From the NCBI GenBank assembly GCA_951406725.2, contig OX597815.1, positions 142,042,001 through 142,106,000 of the forward strand: a stretch of DNA of 64,000 nt, read 5' to 3'. This DNA comes from Octopus vulgaris (taxonomy: Eukaryota). The notes beneath the pieces were generated by a model, which saw only the letters and a program-made list of their open reading frames with translations, did no database searches and had not been told where the DNA came from. This document shows, piece after piece, positions 38,623-52,813 of this stretch. Each line of letters opens with the position of its first letter. Position 1 is the first letter of the stretch. Position numbers and translations under genes: made by a program.

Positions 38623-40584
38623 ATATATATATATATATACATATAACATTTATTGTAAAGAAGAGCATTCAACAAATTGGACACGTATGTGACATCATCA
38701 TATCATTCACATTGGACATGACATGCTTAAAATATAATATCCGGTTAAATAGTTAAGATAAAACTAACAATTTTGATCAGACAAGCATTTCAAAATTCAA
38801 ATTAAAGTTCACGAGTAGTAATGATGGTTGAATTCGTCAAAAAGAGTTCATGCATTCGTAATAGTAGCCAATTTATTATAAGAAGTGATTAATTCAGAGG
38901 ACTGAAATTGGCCCTTGAAAGAAATGAGACATATGGTGGAAAGTTTACCTATCAAAAACATTTACGTATTAAACCATTATATGGTATTTAAATTGGTCGC
39001 CGAGATTTCATACCACTGTGTGTTAACGTAGGATATGAAAACACCTAATCAATAATTTAGAATTGTCTAAATGGAATAACACAAACCAATGACTTCTCTA
39101 AAAGTTATTCAAATCTATGTATTTACCAGCCTTCTAATACTGTTATATACATTCGAAAATATTCCGTCTTGTCACAAGTTATCATTTAGTCATGCTACAC
39201 AAATAGTTCAATCTGCATTACCTACCAAGTACCCTAGTTCAAAATTAGCTGACATAGAATGCTAGGTACAAATTTAACATCTCATTTGTAAGTAGCAATA
39301 TTAAAGAATATGAACTCCTTTAATATTGAAATCCTCCGTTGGTAGTACTTAATGGTACTGAACCGCGTAAACATACGTGTTAATATCTTAACACAGGACG
39401 AAACTAGCATCGTACGCACTTACCAGATAGCATAGATAATACTATAATTGAAGCAAAACAGAGTACATGTATACAGCGCACCCGAGGTGCGCATTTAACC
39501 TGCAGAAAACATGAAAATGTAGGGAAAAACAAACAACCCAATAATTTAATAATGGCTTTTACACACATTTCACGAATGACCAGAGCAAAACGCCAGCTCA
39601 GACTTATTATCGGGTTGTGAGGTGGTTTTTATCTTCAGCGATGCTTGTTTTACAGCAGACGATATATGTTTACAAATATTTTTACACCATTAGGTATTTA
39701 GAGTTCTATATCAATGGATTTGCTTTTCTGAGTTGTGCATTGTTTAAGTTAACTATAAACAAGCGTTACAATATCGACATTGCGTTTTAGTTTAATTGTG
39801 ACATTATAAAAAGTAACTATTCATGTTTTCTTATTTTGCTACGTCTTACCTAGCTATGTCTAATGCGTCAAAATTGTTCTTTCTTTGAAATGCATATTGA
39901 GCCTGACAGCAAATTTTAATCACTACCAAATATAAGTTGAAATTTTGCATTTTCAGTATTATATTGATCGTTTTTACTTGGTTCTCATGCCTGCACGCTT
40001 GCGGTTCCTTTTTAACAATGATATTTTAAATATTATTTGTTAATTGGCATGGTGCATTTTGTTTGTCGTTTTATGAGATTTAGTTTTTGCCTTTAATTGC
40101 GGGTATATATTTTTAACACAATGCGGTATGTGCAATACGTAATTTTGTACATTTACTGTCTACTTACAATGAAACTCTCTTTATATCCAACAGTAAACCA
40201 GTCTAGTAGTTTGTTTTATTATCCATTGTTAATTAGTGTTTGGAAAAGTGTGTATGGGTCTAAATATTAATATTTTTGAATACCGTTTGTTAGTTATTGA
40301 ATATTGATTCTGTAGATTTTTCTATGTAATGTTTTGAGAGGGAAAACCATGGAACAACGTAAAGTATCCGCTATAAAATAAAATGACAGAAGCCAAAACT
40401 AGTCTACATTTGATACTGAGGTTTAGATAGCCTGGAAATAGTAATATAATGAATTAAGGAAGCCGTTTATCCAAACGTATTACATGCGTCTGATACAATG
40501 AGGAAAACAAGTTTTGCAAAGCAGATTAAAATGGAATATAGTCGTGTTTTGAAGATAATATGTCTCAACAAAAAGCTGCACACC

Positions 40585-40617
<33 letters not shown>

Positions 40618-41804
40618 CATACATACATGCATGCATACATACATGTATATATGTATATGTGTGTGTGTGTGCATATGTGTCTATGTTTGTGTGTGTTTGC
40701 GTAAAGCGCACACATATCAAAATGGCCTTACCTAGGCTATAGAGGTCAAATATATTTGTTATTCCCATTTCATGTTATATACATTTCCCATATTTTAAAC
40801 ATAATTACAAATTTAACAATCATTAGTACTATAAAATATATAGTGTTATTTCTTCTCTCTTTAGATCGTTGAGATCACTCAATTACTTCTAACACACCAT
40901 ATGTAGGGCAATTTGATTTCAAATTGAGTGGATGAAAAAGGCGAGCATCTCTAGAACTTTGTTTTTCTCTACTTATAACCAATGAAGCGATTTATGATAT
41001 ATTTTTTTCCTTTTTACTAAGACATTGCAGATAAAACTATTCTCTTTGATTATAAACAGACTTGCACGTGCGTTCGTTTTATATGTTTTACTATTGCATA
41101 TATTTTTTATTCACAGCAAAACTTAATGGACATTTTATTAGGGACTGCAGCATCTGGTCTCTTTGATGTTTCGTAGACACATAGTATAACATTTTAATCG
41201 CTATTTTCGAAAATCAGAAATGCTGTGTTCTTTAAACATTGCTACTGTAGTAGCAATGCGCTGAATTACAAGAAACGTTACAGTGTCAAATAAACGATAT
41301 GATCATGTATTTGTTCCGGCAAATTCAAATTCCTCCATGATCAACGTTACCATTCTTTCTATAAGCGCCAGTAAAATACTGATGCCTGCTCCAATATTTA
41401 GAAATTTGTACAGAAGGGTTTAAGGAATATTCTCTCGACATCTTACATTTTTGATTTCTTGGTGAGAACTAGGTGGGTTAGGCGTGGGTGTGTTTAGATA
41501 AAACACGCTTATCTCTCAAACAATATATAGTGACGAAAGTGACTGTTGTACTCTTATATAAAATTTGATAACAAGCTGCTAATACAATTCAGGGACTTTA
41601 TTGTAGTGGTATAAAAAGGTTCAGGGTTACTGCTAATTGACAGAAAAAATACTTAACAATTGCATCAGTAAGTATTTATGAGCTTCATTGTATTACTAAT
41701 TGGATATCTCTACAAATGATTATATTCACCTCTTTCATAGAGTATCAAATATTAACGTTGCTAAGATGCAAGGAAAATTTAATGCAAGAATAAATTTAAG
41801 ACAT

Positions 41805-41910
41805 ACTTTTAGTATAGTAGGTGCAATAAATAATTTATCACTATTTAAGCATGAAATTGAACTCTGAACGTAAAAACAGACGAAATTCCGCTAACCATTT
41901 CGCCAGCTAT
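41805..41910 (-). mobile_element. SINE-like fragment
   Basis: Minus strand GGCGAAATGGTTAGCGGAATTTCGTCTG...ACGTTCAGAGTTCAA matches the same family. Confidence 0.5.
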
Positions 41911-44327
41911 ATATTACTAAATTCTTAACGTTGAAATGTTTGTCTGATTTATAAGATTTTATTTGTAGATTGAATTACTGAGGTATTAGCTTCAAAAATA
42001 ATTTTTATAATTTTAATGTTTTTGTATATAATGAGCGTTCAAAAAAATATAAGCTGCATTCTTTTAAAGTGTTTGGCGGACAGAATATTATGATGCTCAA
42101 ACATAAAATAGTTCAAGGTCCCGATATGTAAGATACAAAAACGCTTGAAAGCAATTAAGTACAACACGTAATTGCAAAACCTGTCTATAAGTATACACTA
42201 ACATAATTATTTTTAACATTTGTTATATAAATTCATCGTATGTTACAGGGATGATATTAAAGCTGTATTCTTACGCATTACTATAATTTTGGTTTTGTAA
42301 TTCAAACTTGTACATGTATTTCTAATTTCAGAATGAAGTAGATATATTTAGAGAGAGTGAAAAAAATATAGATGTCACTCAGAGACAAGGTTTACATAGT
42401 AGCTTATAACATGATTTTCCTCAATAATTTAGCTACTTTTGTATTCGAGAGGAGCAGTGACAACAATTCTTCTCTCCTAATCATATCCAGGAGTAGCATC
42501 AAGAATGTGACACCTACATGGAGAGAGAGAGCAAGAGCAGTTAAGCACTCTGAAGTAGTGTGAGATGATATCCTCCTTTTCAAGAATGCAAGACGGTACC
42601 GGGTTCCGAAATGAAACCATCAAACTTACGAAAGTCTGTTAAACATTCTAGCCTTAAGGCCACTTAAAATTCAATATTCATATATTCATACAGGTGCAAA
42701 TAGTCTGTTACATATTGCTTAACATAAGGTCCTCAAGTTTTCTTTGTATTTATTACCTTCCCTGTAAGGAAGAAAACGATATGAAAAGTTGTTTTATGTG
42801 AAGATGCTGGTCACCGACTGACGTCAAAGCCACGAAGGCTATTACGATGTCTACCTGTATAGAAACATAAAGATATATTACGACGAAAGAAAATACTTTC
42901 ATGTTGTGATATATTATTGCAACATTTTAAAATCCTCTAACATTGTGAACACCCAGCAATATGCAAGATAACATCTGACATAAAGGAGAAATTTAGAAAT
43001 ATAACAATATCTCATTGTTGATACAAAAACAATATACAAAAATCTTTATTTCATCTTTATGTTAAAAAGAGGATCAACATTTTTCTTTGAATGATACAAA
43101 AACCAAGTGCAAAATGTATATATGTATGCTTGACGCAGGTATAACTTTGATATATCAAAAGTGGAATTGAGTAAATTAAGCATAATCCCCTGTAGTTTAT
43201 GAGAAGTTTTCATTTCAAGTGAAGATATGTATTGTGATATCTGAAGATATTTCTGCTATTATGAATTCAGTGGATCCTGAATGCAAAAAGAAAAGAAAAT
43301 ACTATTAGTAATGAGATTCTCGAGAATATTTTTTGAAATATTCAATGAATTTCGCTGGAATTACTGTTTTCCTGAATGAAAACTTATTTTGGAGAGGTAA
43401 ATACATATTCACAGTTAAGCCTGCTACAAGATAATTACTGGATTATGCAGATTAAAACATAGGCTTACTAAAGAAAGACGTCAGAATTCTCTATAAGAGC
43501 ATGCTTTACTGGAGAGAAATAACATTAACAAGATATACATATGATATATTCTAATACTTGATAATATAAATTATTGATGTTTGAAATAATAACGTTATAA
43601 GTGGATACAAACCCCCCCAAAAAAAACAGAAATAGTTCTTATTTAAAGCAGAACATGAAGAGAAGTGTCGAAATATATGTTCCATATTCAATGTGCAAAG
43701 GAAGGCAATGGTTTCGTTTCAGCATCTTGAAAGGAAGCTTTGTGGTATTAAGGTTCATTAATTCTAACTGTTGAAGTGAAAAACATGAGTTTTATTTTTC
43801 AATATTTTACTAATTGATTTAAATTTGAAGAGTTTGAATAATTAAAAATTTGAAGGTTGTTGAATCAACACTATGAACGATATTTTTTCAATTGTGTTTC
43901 AAAATTTCATTTCTAAATCAGGTTGTGCAGAAGTAGACAAACACACAGCTTAGAGCAACGCTTTCGTAATTTCTCGAGATTTCATATTGTTATGCAGACA
44001 AAGAATATTACAGATAGAAAGTTGCATTGCTGCAAAAACAACTAATGACACCTATGAATTTTAATATGAAGTAGATATGTTGCCGTGACGTTATATTCCA
44101 TTTATTACCCTTTAAAATTTTATTCACCCTTTTTTCTTTGAAGTTTGTAACAAAGTGCTTCGTGGTTAATAATTGCAGTGGATATTAAGACCCGATAAAA
44201 TACATTATTTTGTTTCAAGAGTAATTTTGCTTTGAAATGCTTTTATTTGACTTAATAGCATATATATATATATACATATATATATTTACATATGCATATA
44301 CATATACATATATATATATACATATAC

Positions 44328-44378
<51 letters not shown>

Positions 44379-44400
44379 CATACATACATACATACATACA

Positions 44401-44432
<32 letters not shown>

Positions 44433-44534
44433 CGCGCGTGTGTGTGTATGTTTGTTTTTGTATGTGTGTTCAAATTCAAATATACATACAAAAAGCATAC
44501 ATACATATGTATCAATATATTCATACATTTCTTC

Positions 44535-44870
44535 GAGATCGATAAAATAAACCGGCGTGTCATGGGAGGGCGATTTAATCGATTTATCCCCGCCCCTACA
44601 TTGCTGGCGTTGTGCCAAAATTTAAAATCAGTATTACGATGATTATCACCGTCATATTGTAGTTAATATTATTATTAAAATCAGCTAGTAGAATCTTTAG
44701 TACGCCAAGCAAAATGTTTAGCGGCATTTCGTCTCTATTCACCTTCCGAGCTCAAATTCTACCGATATCAATTTGGTATTTCATCCTTTCAGTATTAATG
44801 AAATGCTTATTAGCATTTAATCTACTTAACCCCCTCCACCGACCTTGCTTGCTTTGAGCAAAAATTTAAA
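44535..44870 (+). mobile_element. two adjacent SINE-like copies (3' half at 44535-44635; longer copy at 44683-44870)
   Basis: TCGATAAAATAA...GTGCCAAAATT and TTAGTACGCC...TTAGCGGCATTTCGTC...TTTCATCCTTTC blocks shared with 28079 and 38445. Confidence 0.6.
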
Positions 44871-45457
44871 ATAAATATTCTTAAAATTTTAAAGGTTATT
44901 CGAAGCTACACAGGAGTGTGAAATACACCTCCTTGTTTAATGCGTGGTTCTGCATAAACAGCGTAGGAGTAGGTTATACATACATACATCCTTTTTTATA
45001 CGGAAACCCACGTTTTCCGCCACGGAGATTCCCATTCTGAAAATAAGTTTGCAAAAATCACAAATTCGAAATCCTAATTCGACCCACCACCCACTCCACG
45101 CCTATTTCTCCATTTTTCTCTTTTTCAGAAATTTTTGGGGCGAAATACGTAGTAAAATATGGAGAATATGATTCTGACAAAAAAAATGTAAATTCCAAAA
45201 AAATACCCGAACCCTACTCCCTCCCCGAATCTGCGTCCATCAATTCGGATACCCACATGCTAGAAATAACAGCCACATCTCACATAACCTTTTTGGTATT
45301 GAATGCGTTGCTGTATCAGTCTTTGCCTTTCAAGTAAGTATGAATGGTGGCATGCATATATATATAGTAGTTCTTTCGGTTTTACTTCATACACATTCCT
45401 TTGGTAAATATTTGTGGTGGAAATTTCAAAAATGTAAATTGTGCGTATGTATAATAA

Positions 45458-45495
<38 letters not shown>

Positions 45496-46128
45496 TAATC
45501 ACTAAATTTCAATGAACAATAAATAGATGCCTCTGCAAAGCTATCCACATCTGACTGTGTATACAGCTAACCCGTACCTAAACTTCCTCTCTGGAATATT
45601 TTGTTAACAAGCATTTCAGCGATCGATTATGCAAGGCCTAATTACTATAAGTAAAACACCAGTCACAATATACTCTATGCAGCAGATTTCAATCTTTACA
45701 TATAAGCGTAATTCGAAAACATGAAATACCGGTATACGAATAAAAAATATAAACACCATTTTAGCTGTAGAACAGCCAGTGGTGATTATACAAAATTGAA
45801 CATCTCATTTTTAAAACAAAGCAAAAACCGATGTAAACAGTACGTATTGTAAAGTATTCAACAGCGGGGTCTATGTGTATTCAAACATGAAGACTACTAA
45901 TAGCGATATTGTCGATACTGCCGCTGCGGCTGCTGCAACAACTACCAATACTCTTTCAACTTTTGCTATTATTACCCATACTATTAACACTGTTATTACA
46001 TGTCCCGTCATTGTCATTACATTTTTTGTTACTTCTACAAAAACCATTACTACTACCGGTTTCATTAAAGTGTCAAAACCAGTGTCGCAAATACGAGTAT
46101 CTCAACTAACAATTCTATGAAAACAATA

Positions 46129-46168
<40 letters not shown>

Positions 46169-46258
46169 GTTGAGAATATGGAATTGGTTTAATTTTATCG
46201 TGCGACAGATACATTACCATGTGATGCCTTAAATTTTAGCTTGTAACTGAATATCCCC

Positions 46259-46332
46259 CGACAGGGAAATATCTTGCAGTATGAGCAGGAAACATTTGAC
46301 TCCTGCTCATTCTGTAAGATATTTCTTCGTCG
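46259..46332 (+). ncRNA. candidate pri-miRNA hairpin
   Basis: 32-position stem with 2 mismatches and 3 G-U pairs, 10-nt loop AACAUUUGAC, unpaired flanks, CNNC (CGAC) at 46335. Not inside a recognisable repeat. Confidence 0.5.
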
Positions 46333-49300
46333 AACGACATTTTATCTGAAATATACACAAGTAAATATTTTTCCGATGACATCTATTCGTATCACTTGTC
46401 ATTACTGGTGTCAAAGTATAGATAACTCTTTTTGTAACGGAGCAGCTTCCTCAATCCGTCTCATTTTCTTAATCTACAGTGCATTTTTGTACGGAAATAA
46501 ATAACTGGTACTATATTTTAATAGAATATAGATGGAACTAGATGACATCAGAAAATTTCATCATGCTTGCTTTCAGTGTGTTCAGTTCCGGATTACATGC
46601 ATGACTCACCATTACAAATAGGTTACAATTGGAACTGAAACACATTACATACTACTCCGAAATAGTGATTTGCTCAAATCCTGTTAATGCAATGTGAGGA
46701 TTTTTCTTTTACTTTTCTTTTTTCATAACGTATTATATTACATAAATTATGGAGAACTAATTCTTCTTGCAGGAAATTTTGATATATTCGGATAAATTTG
46801 CTGTTAGCATTTTGATGAAGTAACAGAGGAGGAAATATTTAATTTTTGTAATGGTTTTTCGAAAGAACTGATTGGAATATCAGGATACTATTTTCTATAG
46901 ACAATTCTACTTAGTTATTAGTTAGTCACACGAAGAATTTCAAATCTCATGACCTTACCAGAAATTGTAACTGATTCGACGATTTAAATCGACGTCTTCC
47001 AAATTATAGCAACAAAGTGATTACTGATGCAACCCATCCTTATAAATAAACAAGAAATACGTAAAAAGATAACACTTTAAAAAGACAAATTCTATGTATA
47101 TTTAAAAGTGCCGTGAACATATGTTTGTTTATGTGCGTGTTTGTTGAATGTAAATTAAACCCAAAATTATTATAGAAGTAGTGGCATTACAAATAGATGT
47201 GCCTTTAATAAATGTTTTCATATAAACAGTGTTCATTATTTATAATTTATTTATTTGATTTCCTGATTGTTGCGAGATTAAAGCTTCGCATGACGAAAAG
47301 TTTCGACAGCTTATTAAAAATACAAGTTTAAGTGAAGTTAAAGGTCATTCTGTGTTTCCCAATAGCTAGTGCATGTCTTCCACGCAGCAATCGATTTAGT
47401 TTCAGCACGCCACTTCATGTCAAAACACTTGCTATGCAAGTATATATGTTATGTAACTGCATATTTCTGTGTGCGCAAACTTAAAATTTCAATATTTCAA
47501 CATTTTTATTTCTTCTAAATGGGTACAAATCGAGTAATCTTCATTTATTCTAATAAAACATGCTTGGATAATTTATACTAACAATCATAAACAATTTGAA
47601 ACTGAATTTGTTTCGAAACATTCCTGTGCCCAGTGATTATTGCGTCCATAGACTCGATAAATCCCTAGTCCGCACTTTCATATAATGAATACTCTAAGCA
47701 ATATTATTTTAAATGCAAATATTAGGCAACATTTTCGGTCATATATATATATATATATATATAATTTGGGAAATAATAATTGTATAATGTTAATTTTATT
47801 ATATGTTGAAGTGCACTTGGTATTTACGGATATGTATCACAGCTTGACATTTATATTAAAATCAGAAATACTATAATACTATATTTCTCAACCGTTTGTT
47901 TCTCACTTGCTAGCAATTTCACCAGAAACATTTTATACGTATCACATTAACTTATGATTCAGAGCAATTCCATTAATTTCCATGCACATTTTAAAAAGTA
48001 AATTCACTTAGAGTGATTATTAAAGATAATCTCTCTAAGAGAAGGTACAAAAATAATCTAAGAATCACATCTGAGGTGAATTTTATTCGACATTAAATAA
48101 TTCAAATACTTACCAACAGCAACATAAACTATACTGTAAAGAAAATCAGAACATTAATTCTTGGAATGGATTTATTTATGTTTTATTCAACGTATATGAC
48201 TTGATCAGAGAGATAGTTCTTTTGGGCATGTGTGTCTCGTTTCAATAGAGCTATATAATATTGTATTCTTTGTAACTTAATGATTCTGTCTAAATACATT
48301 TCCAAAGCTTCTTTCCCTATAACAGTAAGTTTTCATTTTCTATTTGTTTTTCCGTTATCTGTAAAACCAGGTCTGATCACGTGCGATCGCAACTGCCATT
48401 CACCCGTCACGTAAACAGATATACTAGGCAGTTGTAATGTATTTGATCAGCATCAAGGGATTAGAGAGAAGGAATACAACCACATTGTAAAGAATAAACT
48501 ATAGAGAAAGCAGCGGAAGCTCTATGAAATAAAAAAAGAGAATCACATGATGCATTATTTACATATTGGTTTTACTATTTTCGATGTATTCCACAATTTC
48601 GATATTCATTTACATGTCATTTTACACTTTTGCATGAATATATTCTCTACTATCAAATATTTTTAGTGATTATTTTTTTCTCTATTTGGAGGTAAAAAGG
48701 AAACAAAAACATCATAAGCGAGATGTAAATATATGTATACAGAAATTTTCAGTTAGGATCCTATATTCTTGCCGAATATCACGTTAAACTAGACTGTATC
48801 TATACAACTATGTCTATTTGAATGTATGATTGAGTGAAAGATATATCGATCTTTTCGTTTTATTATTAAGCTTTAGTCAATGCAGGTTAACACAACCAGA
48901 AAAAGAAATCATTGCAAAACAGATGATTAAACTGATGAGAGATATTGTATATTGATATGATAGTTTTATTACTTTAAGTCCCTTCAGTATTAAACTATCA
49001 CACATTATATATGCATAGCTAAATATTTATATTTACACATATTTACACGCCACCCCCATTGCGCTCACACACATGCACGTGCGTATACACGTGCATACAC
49101 ACGCGCGCGCACACACACTCACACACACACACAGACACGCACACAGAAAATCACACACGTTTTATTCATACAGGCAACAGAAGGACACTTAGAAATCACA
49201 CATAAACTTAATCACTGAGAGAAATTGGAACGCATCTAAACATCCGAATTTTAGTGAATGTATCACTGTTGTCACGGAAACATAGAATGTATCTACCATA

Positions 49301-49451
49301 TTATCAACATCTGTCTAATACATCCACTCGTTAATAAAGCATGAAATTTTGACCGAGAATAATTTTAATTGGTTAGCGCATTTTCTAGATGGATATGCTA
49401 AATTAAAACAGAATTCCAATGTATCTTAATGTTTAACTATTAATAAGTATA

Positions 49452-49552
49452 ATGATTTCAGATTTTAGCAAAAGGCCTGCAATTTTGGGGGATGAGGTAA
49501 GTCGATTGCATTAACCCGAGTGCCCGACTGCTACTTAATTTATCGACTCCGG
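49452..49552 (-). mobile_element. SINE-like 3' fragment
   Basis: Matches the 38445-38535 segment (AAGGC...GGGGG...AGTCGATT...ACTTAATTTATCG). Confidence 0.55.
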
Positions 49553-49589
49553 CGTCATCACAACGAAATTTTGTGTAACGAAAGAAAAA

Positions 49590-50445
49590 TTTAGACACGA
49601 AATGAGCAATAAAAAGAAGTCATGGAAGGAAAAAAAGATGCATGTTTAGTTTGCAAGAAGTGTGAGCGCCAAAACAAATACTGAGGACCGATGGCTATAG
49701 ATGAGGAGGAGTGATCTGAAAATAGAGACAGAATCGCTCATATGCGGAGCTCAGGAACAAGCGTTATGGACAAACTATATGAAGTGCAAAATGTGTGGTG
49801 AGAGGAGCGAACCGGTATGGCACATCATTAACGAATGCCCGAAATTGGCACATCGTGAATACAAAAGACGACAGGGCGAAGTGGCAAGAATGATCCATTG
49901 GGAGATCCGTGTAAATCACCACCTACAAAGAGCAAAGATGTAGTATGAGAAAAAACTCCAGTAGGAGTTACCGATCATGAGAATTGCAAAATACTTTAGG
50001 ATGCAATGACCCAGTGCGATAAGCCGACCAGACATCGGAAACCGGACGAGGTTGTGTTGAATAAAAACAGAAAGAACATGTACGATATTCGAGACAGTAT
50101 GCCCCGGTGACAACAGGATGAGTGTGAATGATTTAAAAAAAATTAATAATTATGACGCTTTGAAGTGGAAAAATAAGAATGCAGTGGTCAATGAAGAGAG
50201 TAGACGTAATACCAATAGTAATAGGTGCTCTTGGAAGTATCAGTACTCAACTACCAGCATGGCTGAAATATGTCGGTACAAGTGTGACGATAGAACACTA
50301 ACAAAAATCAGCATTGCATGGAACTGGATTTTTGAAGCATGACCAGTAAAGAAGCGCCATCTTAGTCTGGTGGTTGTGGACAACTGACAATTTCTATCAT
50401 ACCCAGCAAAATAAGCTCTTAGTTTTCATAAAATAATAATAATAT
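49590..50445 (+). mobile_element. R4/Dong-like RLE non-LTR retrotransposon 3' fragment
   Basis: LKIETESLICGAQEQAL, CCHC knuckle CKMC...HIINEC, HRKPD, PIVIGALG, then a (TAA)n tail. Confidence 0.88.
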
Positions 50446-50446
<1 letters not shown>

Positions 50447-50476
<30 letters not shown>

Positions 50477-50562
50477 AAGAAGAAGAAGAAGAAGAAGAAG
50501 AAGACGAAGAAGAAGAAGAAGAAGAAGAAGAAGAAGAAGAAGAAGAAGAAGAAGAAGAAGAA
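50447..50562. repeat. (GAA)n microsatellite
   Basis: Directly visible. Confidence 0.97.
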
Positions 50563-51229
50563 TGAAAAAAGACATCGGAGAGGCAATGCATACCGTGGGC
50601 GCAGATAATTTTGTTCGCAATAGTATTGCTTACAATGCGTTGCTCACCCATGCTTTTTAATTGCGCTGAATGAAGCTTTGTAAGTGTTTGACTAAAAGAG
50701 GATTAGAAGCCTAAATTAGTGAATACTACAAGAATTGATCGATCTCTACGCCAAACGCATATAGGTAAAATTTGCATATGACTTAATAAATCATTATTCC
50801 AATAATAATCCTGATTATAAAAAAAGGAAGTGAACAAAATGAAATACGTATACAAAATATTGCATACAATATGATCAGTATTTTCAACGTCTTTCCATAA
50901 CGGTGCGCTAATCAAACGTACTGTAGTTCGTTTGTAGAATATAAATAATATGGCTACTTGCTTATCGGGAAATTTGTAAGTTCAATTTAAATTTCGTTTC
51001 AGTATCACCATTATAGGTATTTATCTATTTATTTATTTCTATTATACCCATTTTTAGCAGAAGGTAGCAACAACAAAACAAACACCAGGTATTCCATTCA
51101 TTTCCCAGCTGAAAGAAACGAGCCCCGTTCTATGATCGGGTGAATGCATAGAACGCGGCCCCTAATATCAGCAACGGAGCCAGACAGCATATAATGGTTT
51201 ACCCCCACCGTATCATGATGGTTCCGTTA

Positions 51230-51950
51230 TACTTTGAGCAACATCAAATTCACTCATCCGTCCACAAACACTCTCCAAGCTTTCCTATCATTTATAAACA
51301 CTCTTGCCTCTCTTACTCCGACACCTTTAACCACCAAAGCTTTCCTCACTCACATCCACACAAAATGAGGTCTGCCTCTGGTTCTGCTGCCTACCATTTC
51401 TGTCTTCATCATCCACCTCACCATATGCCTCTCATCTATCCTCTCCGTGTGGCCAAACCACAACATTCGTTAATCTAATTTGTTTCTTAGTTTTTCTTTC
51501 ATTCCTGCACGCTTTTGCACCTTCTCATTCCTTATCCTGTCCATCCAAGTCACACCAATCATAGCCCTCAAATATCTCATCTCAACCACATATAGTTACC
51601 TCCTTTCCGCCTTTCTCAGCCCCCACGTCTCTGCCCCATTTAACATTGTCGACACAATCACGCTCGCATACACTCCTCCTACTCGACCTTTTACCTCTCT
51701 GCATACTTTTCAAAACTATAAGTATCATACTCCACGCCCTCGCTCTATATCCTACTTCCTCAGTCAAACACGCATCCGCCGCCACATGTGATTCCAGACA
51801 CTTAAAAACAATCCTCTACCATCTCACTATTTATACTCACATCCATCCTACCAGCCATTCCATTTCTCGAACATGTCATCACCTTACTTTTAGCAATAAT
51901 CACTTTAAGTTCCCTCCCCCGATACTCTTCCAAAAAAGTCCTGGCTTCGG
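51230..51950 (-). mobile_element. RTE-clade LINE 3' remnant
   Basis: Minus-strand translation fragments FKCLE (YLGS equivalent), TMLNGAETW..RKAE, EMRYLR, LWFGH. Heavily decayed. Confidence 0.65.
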
Positions 51951-52224
51951 TGTTTGAGGAGTGAGGTAGCACCTGTTAACTACCAAACACCCCAGCGACT
52001 TAGAAAAATGCAGTTGCCGTAATGCTTGCGTGGCATAAGAAACGACTAAAAGGGGCGCGAGCGAAGGGATTGGGAATTCACACCTCCTAATAATTTCAAA
52101 TTTCTAAAAGGAAAACAATACTCCAGTGTAATTAAGAAAGCAACTCATAAACAACGAAACACTCAAATCCATCGCTGACACGTGCGTACACGCACACACA
52201 TCATATCTGTGTATAGATTTATGT

Positions 52225-52782
52225 ATGCATAGGGCAATAATAATAAAGACTAATTACCGAACGATAAAAAACAAAGAACTTGAGAACAAATAAATATATG
52301 CGAATGTAGCACAAAAATGTAGAGCCTGTGGATATTGGAACGAGACAGTAGCACACACCGTGGCGGAATGCCCCAAATTGACACAAGAACAATACAAGAA
52401 ATGGAGGCACGAACAGGCGGTAAAAATGTTACACAGGAAACTGTGCCAGAAATGCGAATTTGAAGCTGGAAATATATGGTACAATTATCGAGTCAAAAGA
52501 GTGCTGGAGGAGGAGAAATGTAAGCTTTTGTTGGACTTTCCTATTCATAAGGACAAGAAGTTAGAAAATAATAGACCGAATATAACGATTATAGTTAAGG
52601 AATAATGAAGTTGCTTACTAATCGACCGTGCCAGAAATGGGGATTTGGAGTTGGGAACACATGGTACAATCACTGAGTCGAAAATGTACTGGAGTCAGAG
52701 AAATGTAAGATTTTATGGGACTTTCCTATTCAAACGGATAAGAATTTAGAAAAAGAAGGAAATATTAATAATAATAATAACA
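52225..52782 (+). mobile_element. R4/Dong-like RLE retrotransposon fragment with internal duplication
   Basis: KCRACG...ETVAHTVAECPKLTQEQYKKWRH...LDFPIHKDKKLENNRPNI; 52442-52567 repeated at 52627-52752; (AAT)n tail. Confidence 0.85.
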
Positions 52783-52813
52783 AGAAAAAGACGACTAAGA
52801 AGAAGGAGAAGGG

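Noticed and set aside
39558-39645. Minus-strand CUGAAGA...GAAAU-GUGU-GUA
   Set aside because: Stems I and II do not pair; chance motif.
44890-45262. GC-richer island resembling a non-autonomous Helitron-like repeat
   Set aside because: Termini and hairpin could not be defined, and no second copy is present in the window.
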